A program made the position numbers and the translations under genes. Positions 26,958-35,743 of a stretch of 64,000 nucleotides of DNA are shown here, piece by piece. The stretch's first letter is position 1; every line of letters begins with the position of its first letter. The DNA lies in IMG/VR virus record IMGVR_UViG_3300045988_140928, positions 32,001-96,000 of that record. One strand, 5' to 3'. The notes below the pieces were generated by a model. That model did not search any database, was not told the origin of the DNA, and saw only the letters and a program-made list of their open reading frames with translations. The stretch comes from a virus.

Positions 26958-27881
26958 TTAGTCATCATCAGTGATGTCGTCCGCACCACTTAAAATTCTT
27001 TCTAATCTATTAGTAGTTAAATTATTAGTATTGATTGCATGAACAACAGCTTGTGAATCGTTATAAGAAAGACCCTCGAACAATTGTAAGAACAAAATCA
27101 TTACATCGTCTCCTGTGTCCTTATGAGCTAAAATATCAGCTACTGAATTAGCAACTGGTCTTAATCCAATTTTACGAGCCTGTTTCATGTTCTCCGCTAA
27201 ACTAACCAATTGACCAGAAAGAGCTTCTGTTCTAAATGCTCCACCATCAGTCTGAGTACTAGGAGTAATCCCATGACCAGCAGTTAGAGCTTTATTTGTC
27301 TTATCTAATTTTACAGTCATACTTAGCATTGGCTTAGAATCTGTAGTATCTGGAGTCTTAGAAGGCTCTTTATCATCTTCTAGACCAAAAATAGATTTAG
27401 AAACCAATTCCCAAGTAGCATGAGTATTAGCTGGATTCTTAGTTACAGCCACACCAGTAATTTGAACTTGTCTAATGATAGAGTCGTCACTAGCATCTCG
27501 CTCTAAAACATTACCCTCAATTGAAAAGCCAAGTTGTCGATCAATATGATTATCTTTAATATTATGGTAAAGCTTAATAATATCTTGTACCTGTGGCATA
27601 TTCTTGAAAAGCTTAGCTTCAAGGAACAAACCTTTAGAATCCACATATGTATTTTCTGTTGGTACTCCGATTACTTGGTCACGATCATGTTCAAAGTCTA
27701 CTCAAACAAATCCTGAACTCTTCAAATAACTAGCGTCAATACCAGCAGGATCAATCGCTTCGCCCTGTAAATCAACATCTGGAGTAGAGGCATAACCCTT
27801 CACTAAGTAAGTATTGTCTTCGTCTCCAGACTTTTCAACTTTATCAAAAGGTAAAAATACGTTAAATGATTTATTTAGGAT
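26958..27881 (-). CDS. prohead serine protease (HK97/S78-like) interrupted by an in-frame TGA; probable AUC start
   Basis: The ORF-track part (26958..27644) has LGFSIEG and ITGVAVTKNPANTHA but lacks the catalytic-His block. The same frame continues upstream as ...YLVKGYASTPDVDLQGEAIDPAGIDASYLKSSGFV-TGA(27704-27702)-VDFEHDRDQVIGV. GGTGGTGA-N6-ATC lies at 27881. Confidence 0.6.
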
Positions 27882-27945
27882 TTTTAATCACCACCCATCT
27901 ACTTAGAATACATAAACTTTTCTGTTTAATAATATAGGAAACTAG

Positions 27946-29535
27946 CTAATCTGTATTCCCTACGTTAGTATCTTCTGGATTCTTAGGGTCTTGTTTATTA
28001 GGATCTTCCTTAGCATCTGGTTTCTTATCTAATGACTGTTCGTGTCCCGGCTTATAATCATTCTGGTGTTGTTGTTCTGCATTAGCTTCTGGATTCATCT
28101 TATCTTGAATAGCTAACCATTGAATAAGGTTATCAGAGTTACCCGGAATATCCGGTATATCAAGCTTAGGAAGATGCATTAACGCTCTCGCCTCTGAAAT
28201 TGTCATTCCATTCTTAAGCTTTAATGCTAATTCGTCTTGCAATTGCTTTTCCTTACCTTGGTCACTTGGACTAAAGACAAACATATAATCAGAGTCAACA
28301 TAGCGTAAGATCTTATCAGTCATTAGACGTTCAATATACTTCATAACAGGCTCTAACCCATTATTACGTGAAGCGTCAATTTTGGTCCTAGTAGTATTAC
28401 CCTCGTTTAAAGTACTACCACCAGTCTTACCATTAGCTCCTCCACGATTAGGAAAGTTGATCTCATCTGGCTGAATATTAAAATCAGCACAGATAATATT
28501 ATTAAGATAATTAAGGAAATTAATAAATTCCATATCCTTAGATGATTGTGTCATATTCACATATTTAGCATCATGAGCTTGGATAATGGGAATCTTCCAC
28601 GAACCATTAATTCCTTGTGCTGGAGTTAAATTACGCCTTAGAGCGTCTAAATTAGATTGAGATGTACCAGAACCATCACCCGGATCTAAAAGCAACAGAC
28701 CACGAGTCATACCACCTTGACTAAAGAAACGAGCATTGAACTGTTCTACATTAATGTGGTATTGAATATGTTCCATACCAGCTTCTACAGGAGAAAAACC
28801 ATAACCACCTGAATAAGGCTTATCTTGACTCCAATAAGTAGAGAATACTAATTCCTTACTGTTAAAATAGATTCTATCTTTATCACTAGCATTACTATTA
28901 ACTACCTGCACAAAAGATTTAGGCTTATCAATACTAGTGGGGTATTTATCAATTAAAACCGTAGAAGCGTCTACGTGGTTAAAATGATTTAATTTGTTAG
29001 AACGTTTACTCTCATAAACCCGTTCAATATTAACTTGGTCAAACACATAAAAGTCATAAATAATCTTAGCCAAGAAAGTAGGGAAATCATCTCGCCAATC
29101 TAATTGATCTTTACCTGTATAAAAGATAAAGTCCTCTAACCTTTTAGCAACATTCTTTTCATGTGTTGTCATATCACTAAGTTGCTTACCCTTTTTAACT
29201 ACTCTAAACCCATTATCGTCACTAGAAAGACGGGCAGGAGTAGCAAAGTTTAAGATCTGATTAGTTCTAGTTCTAATAATTGCTTGAACTAAAAGATCAT
29301 CTGCATAAGCTCTTAGTTGATCTTTCTTTCTTAAATAATAATCTTGATTAATCTTTTCACGCTGGGGATTTTGGCGACTATGACTGTCTACACCAATTTG
29401 AATATAAGCATTATCAACCCGCTGATCTGATTTCCCAGCTCTAAAACTTTTAGCAACTTCTTGCTTATTCAATTGTTCAAGATCAATATAATCATCAGCG
29501 TTATCAGAGCCGAACCAGCGATCTAAAAAACTCAT
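27946..29535 (-). CDS. portal protein
   Basis: 529 aa between the terminase and the protease. Confidence 0.7.
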   Translation of the reverse strand: MSFLDRWFGSDNADDYIDLEQLNKQEVAKSFRAGKSDQRVDNAYIQIGVDSHSRQNPQREKINQDYYLRKKDQLRAYADDLLVQAIIRTRTNQILNFATPARLSSDDNGFRVVKKGKQLSDMTTHEKNVAKRLEDFIFYTGKDQLDWRDDFPTFLAKIIYDFYVFDQVNIERVYESKRSNKLNHFNHVDASTVLIDKYPTSIDKPKSFVQVVNSNASDKDRIYFNSKELVFSTYWSQDKPYSGGYGFSPVEAGMEHIQYHINVEQFNARFFSQGGMTRGLLLLDPGDGSGTSQSNLDALRRNLTPAQGINGSWKIPIIQAHDAKYVNMTQSSKDMEFINFLNYLNNIICADFNIQPDEINFPNRGGANGKTGGSTLNEGNTTRTKIDASRNNGLEPVMKYIERLMTDKILRYVDSDYMFVFSPSDQGKEKQLQDELALKLKNGMTISEARALMHLPKLDIPDIPGNSDNLIQWLAIQDKMNPEANAEQQHQNDYKPGHEQSLDKKPDAKEDPNKQDPKNPEDTNVGNTD

Positions 29536-29600
29536 ATAATCTTCACCCCTTTACTTAAAATATACATTAAAGCACCTACAATTCTCTTTATAATATAGCT

Positions 29601-29640
29601 GAAAAAGACCTCTACTAGCTTTTACACTAGTAGAGGTCTT
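29601..29640 (-). terminator. intrinsic terminator between terminase and portal
   Basis: Perfect 14-bp stem AAGACCTCTACTAG/CTAGTAGAGGTCTT, followed by TTTTT on the minus strand. Confidence 0.65.
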
Positions 29641-29648
29641 CTACTTAA

Positions 29649-30911
29649 TTAGAACTCGGTTTCATTCCTAATCTCATATTCACGTTGTATATCAGTCTGC
29701 TCTGGAGTAAAGATGTCATTATCAAGATAATCAATCTGAGTTGACTTTCTACGCTTCATTGCGTCCTCTTTCATTAACTTATCAAGCCCAGCCATAGCAT
29801 ATACCATTGACTGGAAATAATGATCTGGGCCTTTACGTAAGATAACCTTACTATACTCAATTAAATGTGTTTGCTGATTTTCTTTTTCATCAGTACGAAT
29901 AACAACATTTTTACCATGGGTAATAAGCTTTCTAACTTCTGAGTCATTCTGAGAACCAGACCAGAAATGAATATCGCCACGTTTAATATTACCCATAAGA
30001 ATAACATTTTGAGTAAGCTTATCCAAAGTAACGGTGGAATCCGTATCATTAAAGTGTGCATTAAAATCACCATTAGTCTTTGCAGACCTAACAACAACCC
30101 CGTATACACGCTGAATACCATAATAAGCCATCATCTTTTGTACATAATTACCAGAAAATCCTAAATCAGGACAAATAATATCAGGTTGATACTGATTTAT
30201 CTTTCTCATGACTAAATTTAAGTCTTCTTCAATATGTTCTACACCAGTTGATCTAGGAATTTGAGTAAGATCCATAAGGTCAATTTGACCATTACCTCTC
30301 ATACCTAAAGTAACAATTGAATGCACGTGCTCTCCCCAATCAACACCAATAGATACATACTTGTAATTACTTCTATCGTCTGGCTTATTATAACTACTAT
30401 CAATATGAGTTAAAACGTCCTCATCTCTAAAGGTTGCACCTTTATCTTCATAAGGCATCCCAAGCGAGTAATTATAGAAGAACTGCTTGGAAGGTGCTCT
30501 CATTTCCTCTTCCTTCAGTTTATCCGCCGTGATCCACACTGCATCCATTTGTGAAATAGCATAACCATGCCTACGCCCTGAACCGGGACGAGTTACAACC
30601 CATCTTGCATCGTACCATCTATCCAGCAATTTTCCACATTTCTGACAAACAAACTGAAAAGTACCCGGCTGTACAACTCTAGCGTCTGTATCTATACCAT
30701 CTTTATTTACTTGTTTTACATTCTTCTCATAGTCAAGAACCTGTTCAAAACCACAATGAGGACAAGTATGTACCCAACGTCTCTGGTCTGATTGTAAAAA
30801 CAGACGATGTATCCCGTAATTTTGTACTGTAGGCGTTGACCATCTACTTACAATCTTATAGGGTGAAGACTGCATAGACTGGATTGCTGACTGCTCTGCT
30901 AAAGGATTTAA
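29649..30911 (-). CDS. terL: terminase large subunit, exon 3 (nuclease half); 5' boundary approximate
   Basis: The 421-aa ORF has no credible start context. It continues the exon-2 reading ...LALDEYDRIEN / LNPLAEQSAIQ. The intron ends in G just before TTA at 30911. Confidence 0.7.
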   Translation of the reverse strand, partial: LNPLAEQSAIQSMQSSPYKIVSRWSTPTVQNYGIHRLFLQSDQRRWVHTCPHCGFEQVLDYEKNVKQVNKDGIDTDARVVQPGTFQFVCQKCGKLLDRWYDARWVVTRPGSGRRHGYAISQMDAVWITADKLKEEEMRAPSKQFFYNYSLGMPYEDKGATFRDEDVLTHIDSSYNKPDDRSNYKYVSIGVDWGEHVHSIVTLGMRGNGQIDLMDLTQIPRSTGVEHIEEDLNLVMRKINQYQPDIICPDLGFSGNYVQKMMAYYGIQRVYGVVVRSAKTNGDFNAHFNDTDSTVTLDKLTQNVILMGNIKRGDIHFWSGSQNDSEVRKLITHGKNVVIRTDEKENQQTHLIEYSKVILRKGPDHYFQSMVYAMAGLDKLMKEDAMKRRKSTQIDYLDNDIFTPEQTDIQREYEIRNETEF

Positions 30912-32357
30912 CAATTATATTAACTACTTATTTCTAAGTAGATTAGACTATATCTTTATCCTACTAGGATATTCCCTATATAGTCGTTAGACCTGTTTTA
31001 ACTTGGTACGGGATTAGCCTGCCTTACTTAAATTATAAGGTTTAGCTTCTCTTATCACCTTATTACGGTAAGCCCGTTTAGGGGATATTTATTTAACAGA
31101 TATTACTATCTGTGACCGCTTAAATGCTTAGTTAAAATTGATTTTATTTGTTTCTTAGTCGTAATAGTATATGGAATACGAATTAAAGTAATATCATTAT
31201 TTTTACAATAGGTGTCCTTAAGATAATCTCGATATACTAAACTTTTATAATTATCTATACCACCCCAAAAACTAATAGGCTTATAATGTTGTTCTCCATC
31301 ATATTCAATTGCTATCTTTTTATTAGGAAACCAAAAGTCAAAATGAAGATTATTCTTATACTTTAAATCTGGAATAATATACCCATAAGTAAAATCATTT
31401 CCCTCAGAATAATGGAAATCTTGGGTTAAAGACGATAATATTAATCTTTCACCGTAACTTGATCGTTCATGTAAAGCACAATAAGGGCAACCTGTATGGT
31501 TATATTGAATATCACCATACCTAGCTTCATACACAGTATTGCATACTAAATGCTTAATCTTAATATGTTGGCGATTGCCTTTATACTCATCATCTTTAGT
31601 TAGCACTACATATTCACTACCTAGAATATCTTTAATATTCTCCCTTACCTGAGATAAAGGAGTCCTTTGATTAATTCCAATCTTAGGTGAACGATCTACA
31701 TAGGAACATTTTAGGCATCCATGACCCCTCAAAAAATCAGCAGGACGTGTCATATAAATATTACCACATCTATTATGCTTAACTTTTACTAAAGTATCTG
31801 AATTTTTATATATAGATAATACGATATACTCATTACCCCACTGTTTCTTAACTCTACTTAAAAATTCGCTATTAGTCATAGTTCTTAATTTAACTCTGTG
31901 TTCCTTAGCACATTCAGGACAACGCTGACCATTCAAAAAGCTATTAGGATTCATCATAAAATGATGATTGCATTTAAGATGAATAAACTCTACCTTAGTT
32001 TTATTATTCTTATAAGGGGGTAATACACTATATTCATCTTTAGTTAATGACTTAACTTCATCTCTAAACTGCTCATATGACTTTCTTCTACCACGCTTTT
32101 TATTACTACATTTCGGACAACGTTGACCACATAAAAAATTATGTGGTGTCATATCAAAAACAGTCCCACATTTGATATGCTTAAAAGTAGTTTTATCATG
32201 AGTTCGAGTATATTCACCTTGAAGTTCATACTCACCTCCAGTCAATAAAGTAACTTTATCATTAAATGTTTTCGTATTCCAATATATTCTTTTAGTCATT
32301 ATAATTTACCTCTTTTCAAGATAAATTATAACATGACAAGCTTTATAATGCTATTAA
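30912..32357 (-). mobile_element. group I intron A in terL, carrying an endonuclease ORF (boundaries +/-10 nt)
   Basis: Interrupts terL right after the Walker-B-like LALDEYD. Stops occur in all terL frames. Its 3' 190 nt share colinear blocks with intron B, e.g. 30977-31016 vs 32641-32679 TATATAGTCGTTAGACCT.TTTTA.CTTGGTACGGGATTA (minus strand ...GGTCTAACGACTATATA). Confidence 0.65.
31106..32299 (-). CDS. intron-encoded homing-endonuclease-like protein (zinc-ribbon repeats plus PD-(D/E)XK)
   Basis: 397 aa, paralogue of 9314..10459. C-terminus LHFDFWFPNKKIAIEYDGEQHY. It lies wholly inside the terL interruption. Confidence 0.7.
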   Translation of the reverse strand: MTKRIYWNTKTFNDKVTLLTGGEYELQGEYTRTHDKTTFKHIKCGTVFDMTPHNFLCGQRCPKCSNKKRGRRKSYEQFRDEVKSLTKDEYSVLPPYKNNKTKVEFIHLKCNHHFMMNPNSFLNGQRCPECAKEHRVKLRTMTNSEFLSRVKKQWGNEYIVLSIYKNSDTLVKVKHNRCGNIYMTRPADFLRGHGCLKCSYVDRSPKIGINQRTPLSQVRENIKDILGSEYVVLTKDDEYKGNRQHIKIKHLVCNTVYEARYGDIQYNHTGCPYCALHERSSYGERLILSSLTQDFHYSEGNDFTYGYIIPDLKYKNNLHFDFWFPNKKIAIEYDGEQHYKPISFWGGIDNYKSLVYRDYLKDTYCKNNDITLIRIPYTITTKKQIKSILTKHLSGHR

Positions 32358-32576
32358 ATTCTCGATACGGTCATACTCATCCAGTGCAAGTCGATCAATT
32401 TTTAGACCTTCCATAGAGCTACCTTGTGAACTAGTACGGAAAATCAAATTAGAGTCTCTAATTTTCATACCATTCATTGTAGTTGTCTTAGGATCTTTAA
32501 TTAAAGACTTATAATATCCAGACTCAAACTCAGGTAGAATACGTTGCTTATAGAAGTCATTAAGTTGTCTGTAGGT
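32358..32576 (-). CDS. terL: terminase large subunit, exon 2 (boundaries approximate)
   Basis: My translation: TYRQLNDFYKQRILPEFESGYYKSLIKDPKTTTMNGMKIRDSNLIFRTSSQGSSMEGLKIDRLALDEYDRIEN. Too short to appear in the ORF track. Confidence 0.65.
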
Positions 32577-32783
32577 TTACAAATGTAAACGTAATTTATT
32601 ACGCCGTAAGACTATATCCCTATCTATATAAGATAACCTGTATATAGTCGTTAGACCTTTTTTACTTGGTACGGGATTAACTCTACTCTATAAGAGCTTA
32701 GTCTTTCTTACCAGCTTTTTAAGCTTTGCCCGTTTAGCAGGTTTATTTCAATTAACATTACTGTTAAAAGCCCCACCCTATCT
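32577..32783 (-). mobile_element. group I intron B in terL, ORF-less, about 207 nt (boundaries approximate)
   Basis: Homologous to the core of intron A. A P1-like pairing is possible, CCCU^A...UGGGG, with U.G at the exon-1 end. Confidence 0.55.
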
Positions 32784-33140
32784 AGGGAATGTATATAAAC
32801 CATTAGGCTTATCAACGCTATGTATATCAAGCCAATAAATCATCTGTTCAATTCCGACTTCCGAAAAACCCAACTGACGACTTTTAATTACGCACAGATC
32901 TGGATAATTAACATCGTCAATAACCATTTTCTGCCAAGGACGATGTGAAAGCGCTTTCGTAGTATCGTGATCAGGAACACTAAACGTTAATGGTTTACCA
33001 TTTATCGTATGGTGTTGAAGTAAATAATTACTAGGTCTACTCATACCCAGCACATAATTTAATTGGTCAACCGTAATAGGATCTTTAGGACCCAAGTTAA
33101 ACATAGACCTAGCCAACTTTGTTAATTGTTTACCGTCCAC
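32784..33140 (-). CDS. terL: terminase large subunit, exon 1 (Walker A region)
   Basis: GTG start abutting the stop of the upstream small ORF. CVIKSRQLGFSEVGIEQ is an RQ.G.S-type terminase ATPase motif. The ORF closes 2 codons after ...LYTFP. Confidence 0.7.
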
Positions 33141-33359
33141 TTAATTATCATCTTCCTCTCGAATCTCTTGTGCTAATCTACTAATCTTTACATCAATAGC
33201 AATACTAAGCTGTTCTAAGATCTTCATTTGTTGCTCTTTAGTTAGTCCTAAGTGCTTATACTTTAGCAAAATCCGATCAATATCAGGCAAAAACGTCTCA
33301 GCACTAGTATTATCAACAACTTTCTGTAAAGACTTTCGATAAATTGTTTTTAAGCTAAT
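33141..33359 (-). CDS. small protein upstream of terL with probable AUU start (small-terminase role not supported)
   Basis: 72 codons: ISLKTIYRKSLQKVVDNTSAETFLPDIDRILLKYKHLGLTKEQQMKILEQLSIAIDVKISRLAQEIREEDDN. AAGGTGGTGA-N6-ATT. Its stop TAA abuts the terL GTG. Not in the ORF track. Confidence 0.35.
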   Translation of the reverse strand: MSLKTIYRKSLQKVVDNTSAETFLPDIDRILLKYKHLGLTKEQQMKILEQLSIAIDVKISRLAQEIREEDDN

Positions 33360-33396
33360 CAGCTATCACCACCTTTGCACCACTTAATTATAGCAT

Positions 33397-33430
33397 AATA
33401 AAAAAGCCTAAGAACTTAATCCTAGACTTT
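33397..33430 (-). terminator. intrinsic terminator
   Basis: Minus strand AAGTCTA-GGATTAAGTTCT-TAGGCTT followed by a T run. The loop is almost identical to the terminator loop at 24210-24221. Confidence 0.5.
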
Positions 33431-33438
33431 TTCATTTA

Positions 33439-33852
33439 CTAATCTTCTGGATAATGTACATTTAATTCGTCAAACATACCCATAGAAACACTAATAAGAT
33501 AAGAGTCACTCTTTAGTAAATCATCATCTATGGTAACACTATAAATATTAACATCATAAAGATAACTAAAAATTTTAATAGCACTAACAAAGTAAGAATC
33601 AATATTATTTAGTGCTTCTACCTTAAACCGTTCTTCACCTAAATAACCTCTAAGATCCTTATAGGTAAGTTTGAATGTAAAGGTACCCCCTAAATTAACA
33701 TATTCTTTAGACAAACCCAGTAAACACTTTTCTAGTGCGTCTGAAAAAGGACCATAGACTGGATTATTCCTCATTGCACTTGTTAAAGCCTTCTGTTTTA
33801 CCTTAGCTACATGATCTTCTATCTCTTTAAATGTAAAAGTACAACCATCCAT
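33439..33852 (-). CDS. hypothetical protein
   Basis: 137-aa ORF. Confidence 0.45.
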   Translation of the reverse strand: MDGCTFTFKEIEDHVAKVKQKALTSAMRNNPVYGPFSDALEKCLLGLSKEYVNLGGTFTFKLTYKDLRGYLGEERFKVEALNNIDSYFVSAIKIFSYLYDVNIYSVTIDDDLLKSDSYLISVSMGMFDELNVHYPED

Positions 33853-33854
33853 AA

Positions 33855-34133
33855 TTACAACTCCCTACCGCAAAAAGGACAAAACTTAATTTCAATCTGC
33901 TCCACAATATCAGCCAATAAATCCTCATCAAAGTTGCCCGTATGCTCTACAGATAGATAAGGCTGAATAACACCTAAGTCGTCACATTCGATTGATACTC
34001 CCATTCCACTATCAGGCAAATACTCTACCTTATGAGGATAATGACAATAAGGACAGCCAGTAGAAACAGCTACCTTAGCTAATTCTTCTTTTTTAGGACT
34101 TTCTTTTGTTTGCATTAGCCAAACTCTTTTCAC
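33855..34133 (-). CDS. small zinc-ribbon protein
   Basis: 92 aa with CPYC...CPFC. Confidence 0.5.
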   Translation of the reverse strand: MKRVWLMQTKESPKKEELAKVAVSTGCPYCHYPHKVEYLPDSGMGVSIECDDLGVIQPYLSVEHTGNFDEDLLADIVEQIEIKFCPFCGREL

Positions 34134-34162
34134 AACAATTTAATACAATTATAATCTAAAAA

Positions 34163-34216
34163 GAGCAAAAAGAAAAGCCCACAGTCCATTGGAGATTGAT
34201 AATACTGTAGGCTTTT
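34163..34216 (-). terminator. intrinsic terminator after methyltransferase gene
   Basis: 12-bp stem AAAGCCTACAGT/ACTGTGGGCTTT (1 mismatch), followed by TTTTCTTTTT on the minus strand. Confidence 0.5.
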
Positions 34217-34310
34217 CAAACACTATAAATACTAATATTAATAAAGAGGATAGAATCTATTAAATAAATAGATCCTACAATTATTATATTAGACTCGTTC
34301 GCAATAGATG

Positions 34311-35195
34311 TCAATAATTTTTAATTAAAATTTCATCACTTTTACCAGATTTAGTATGATAAGTTGAATTAGAATAATCCATATTAAAATGAATAACTTT
34401 AAGATCTGGATTAGCTTTAATAAACTCTGCTAAAACTTTATTCTCTTTTCCACGATGTGATAGCACATTAGACATCGCAGTCTTGATTCCAGCTTGCGTT
34501 AAATCTCTAAAATAATTTACTAACTTAACATCGTCTTCCTCAGTCCAATTAAGACCTCGCTTACCATCATTATAAGTAGCCGTAGTTAGACTATAAGGCG
34601 GATCCATATAAACTAAATCATTATCATGAATAGTATTAAGATTAATAACCTTATCATAACTTTTACTGATAAAGCGAAAGGGGTCATTTTTAACTATTTT
34701 AATGAATTCACCAAGAATATTTAATTTATTACTTAAATAACGTTTATTAACCCGTTCAGAATTAGCATAAGGCATATTATACTCAAAAGCTTTATTGAAA
34801 CGAGGCAAACCATTAAAAGAAGCAATAATCAGCAAATAGAGAGAAATGGATTTATCAAAATCATATTCAAAATAATCAGAATTATAATCAGATCTTAGCT
34901 TCAAAAATTCGTCCTTACTGGTTAAAGCTAATGACATACTCTTTAGAGCCTCAAATTGCAAAGAATTTAAAGTAGATAAGTCTCTGAACATTTGAACCAA
35001 AGGAGTAGAAAGATCATTCCAAATATGAAATCGAGCCTTAACATTTAAAGAAACATTACCAGCACCTGCAAACAAGTCAAAGAAAGTATCAATATTATCT
35101 TGTTGTAGTTCTGGTAATAACTGAGGGAGTAAACGTCTCTTACTACCCATATAATTAATTGGAGATTTAATTATCTTTTGTTTTACCATTCGCAC
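34311..35195 (-). CDS. Dam-like (D12 class) N6-adenine DNA methyltransferase
   Basis: INYMGSKRRLLPQL, FDLFAGAGNV, DLVYMDPPY. Confidence 0.8.
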   Translation of the reverse strand: MRMVKQKIIKSPINYMGSKRRLLPQLLPELQQDNIDTFFDLFAGAGNVSLNVKARFHIWNDLSTPLVQMFRDLSTLNSLQFEALKSMSLALTSKDEFLKLRSDYNSDYFEYDFDKSISLYLLIIASFNGLPRFNKAFEYNMPYANSERVNKRYLSNKLNILGEFIKIVKNDPFRFISKSYDKVINLNTIHDNDLVYMDPPYSLTTATYNDGKRGLNWTEEDDVKLVNYFRDLTQAGIKTAMSNVLSHRGKENKVLAEFIKANPDLKVIHFNMDYSNSTYHTKSGKSDEILIKNY

Positions 35196-35562
35196 CCCGC
35201 TTAAAATGAAGATAACCTACCTGTACTATAAAAGTAGTTACGGTACTTAAAAACATATCAATAACAACAAAAATAAAAGAATTGTCTTTAATTCCTAAAC
35301 AGGTAAATATAATTCCATAAAAGAAAATAAATATAATAGATAACCATGCTTTTAACTTTATATTGAAAATATCATTAGCAATTACTAAACCTAACATAAA
35401 AATATAAGAGGCTAATAGGATTATCCAAAAGCTAACATGAGCAAAGATTGGCAAAAATGAGACAAGCCATGTAAACACCGCCGAAATAGTACCACATAAA
35501 AGAGTTGCAGTAATAATATGTAGCCACACATAACCCTTATTTTTCACTCCACATACCTCCAA
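35167..35562 (-). CDS. polytopic membrane protein
   Basis: About 4 hydrophobic helices. Start uncertain. Confidence 0.45.
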   Translation of the reverse strand: MEVCGVKNKGYVWLHIITATLLCGTISAVFTWLVSFLPIFAHVSFWIILLASYIFMLGLVIANDIFNIKLKAWLSIIFIFFYGIIFTCLGIKDNSFIFVVIDMFLSTVTTFIVQVGYLHFKRGANGKTKDN

Positions 35563-35743
35563 TTAGACTAAAGCAAACACAGGTTGCTCCACCAGCAAAC
35601 ACAGCATTTAAAAAGCTAAAATCAACAGTAATATGGAAAAGTGAAATTAAAAATAATACACTATAACCAACAATAGCAAAAAGAATAACAATAACAGCTA
35701 AAATTAACAAACTAAAAAGTATAGCTTTAACCCATGTTCCCAT
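35537..35743 (-). CDS. small membrane protein
   Basis: 68 aa, 2-3 hydrophobic helices. Confidence 0.45.
   Translation of the reverse strand: MGTWVKAILFSLLILAVIVILFAIVGYSVLFLISLFHITVDFSFLNAVFAGGATCVCFSLIGGMWSEK

Noticed and set aside
27702-27704. Selenocysteine or global code-4 (UGA=Trp) explanation for the in-frame TGA in the protease.
   Set aside because: I could draw no SECIS-like hairpin just downstream. TGA clearly terminates other confident genes here (9314, 39795 and a double TGA at 42988). No tRNA with a TCA anticodon was found in the window. Local read-through or a sequencing error remains possible.
29649-33140. Inteins as the cause of the split terminase.
   Set aside because: The interrupting segments contain stops in the terL frame. 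They share an RNA-like conserved core. One carries a separately initiated endonuclease ORF with its own SD.
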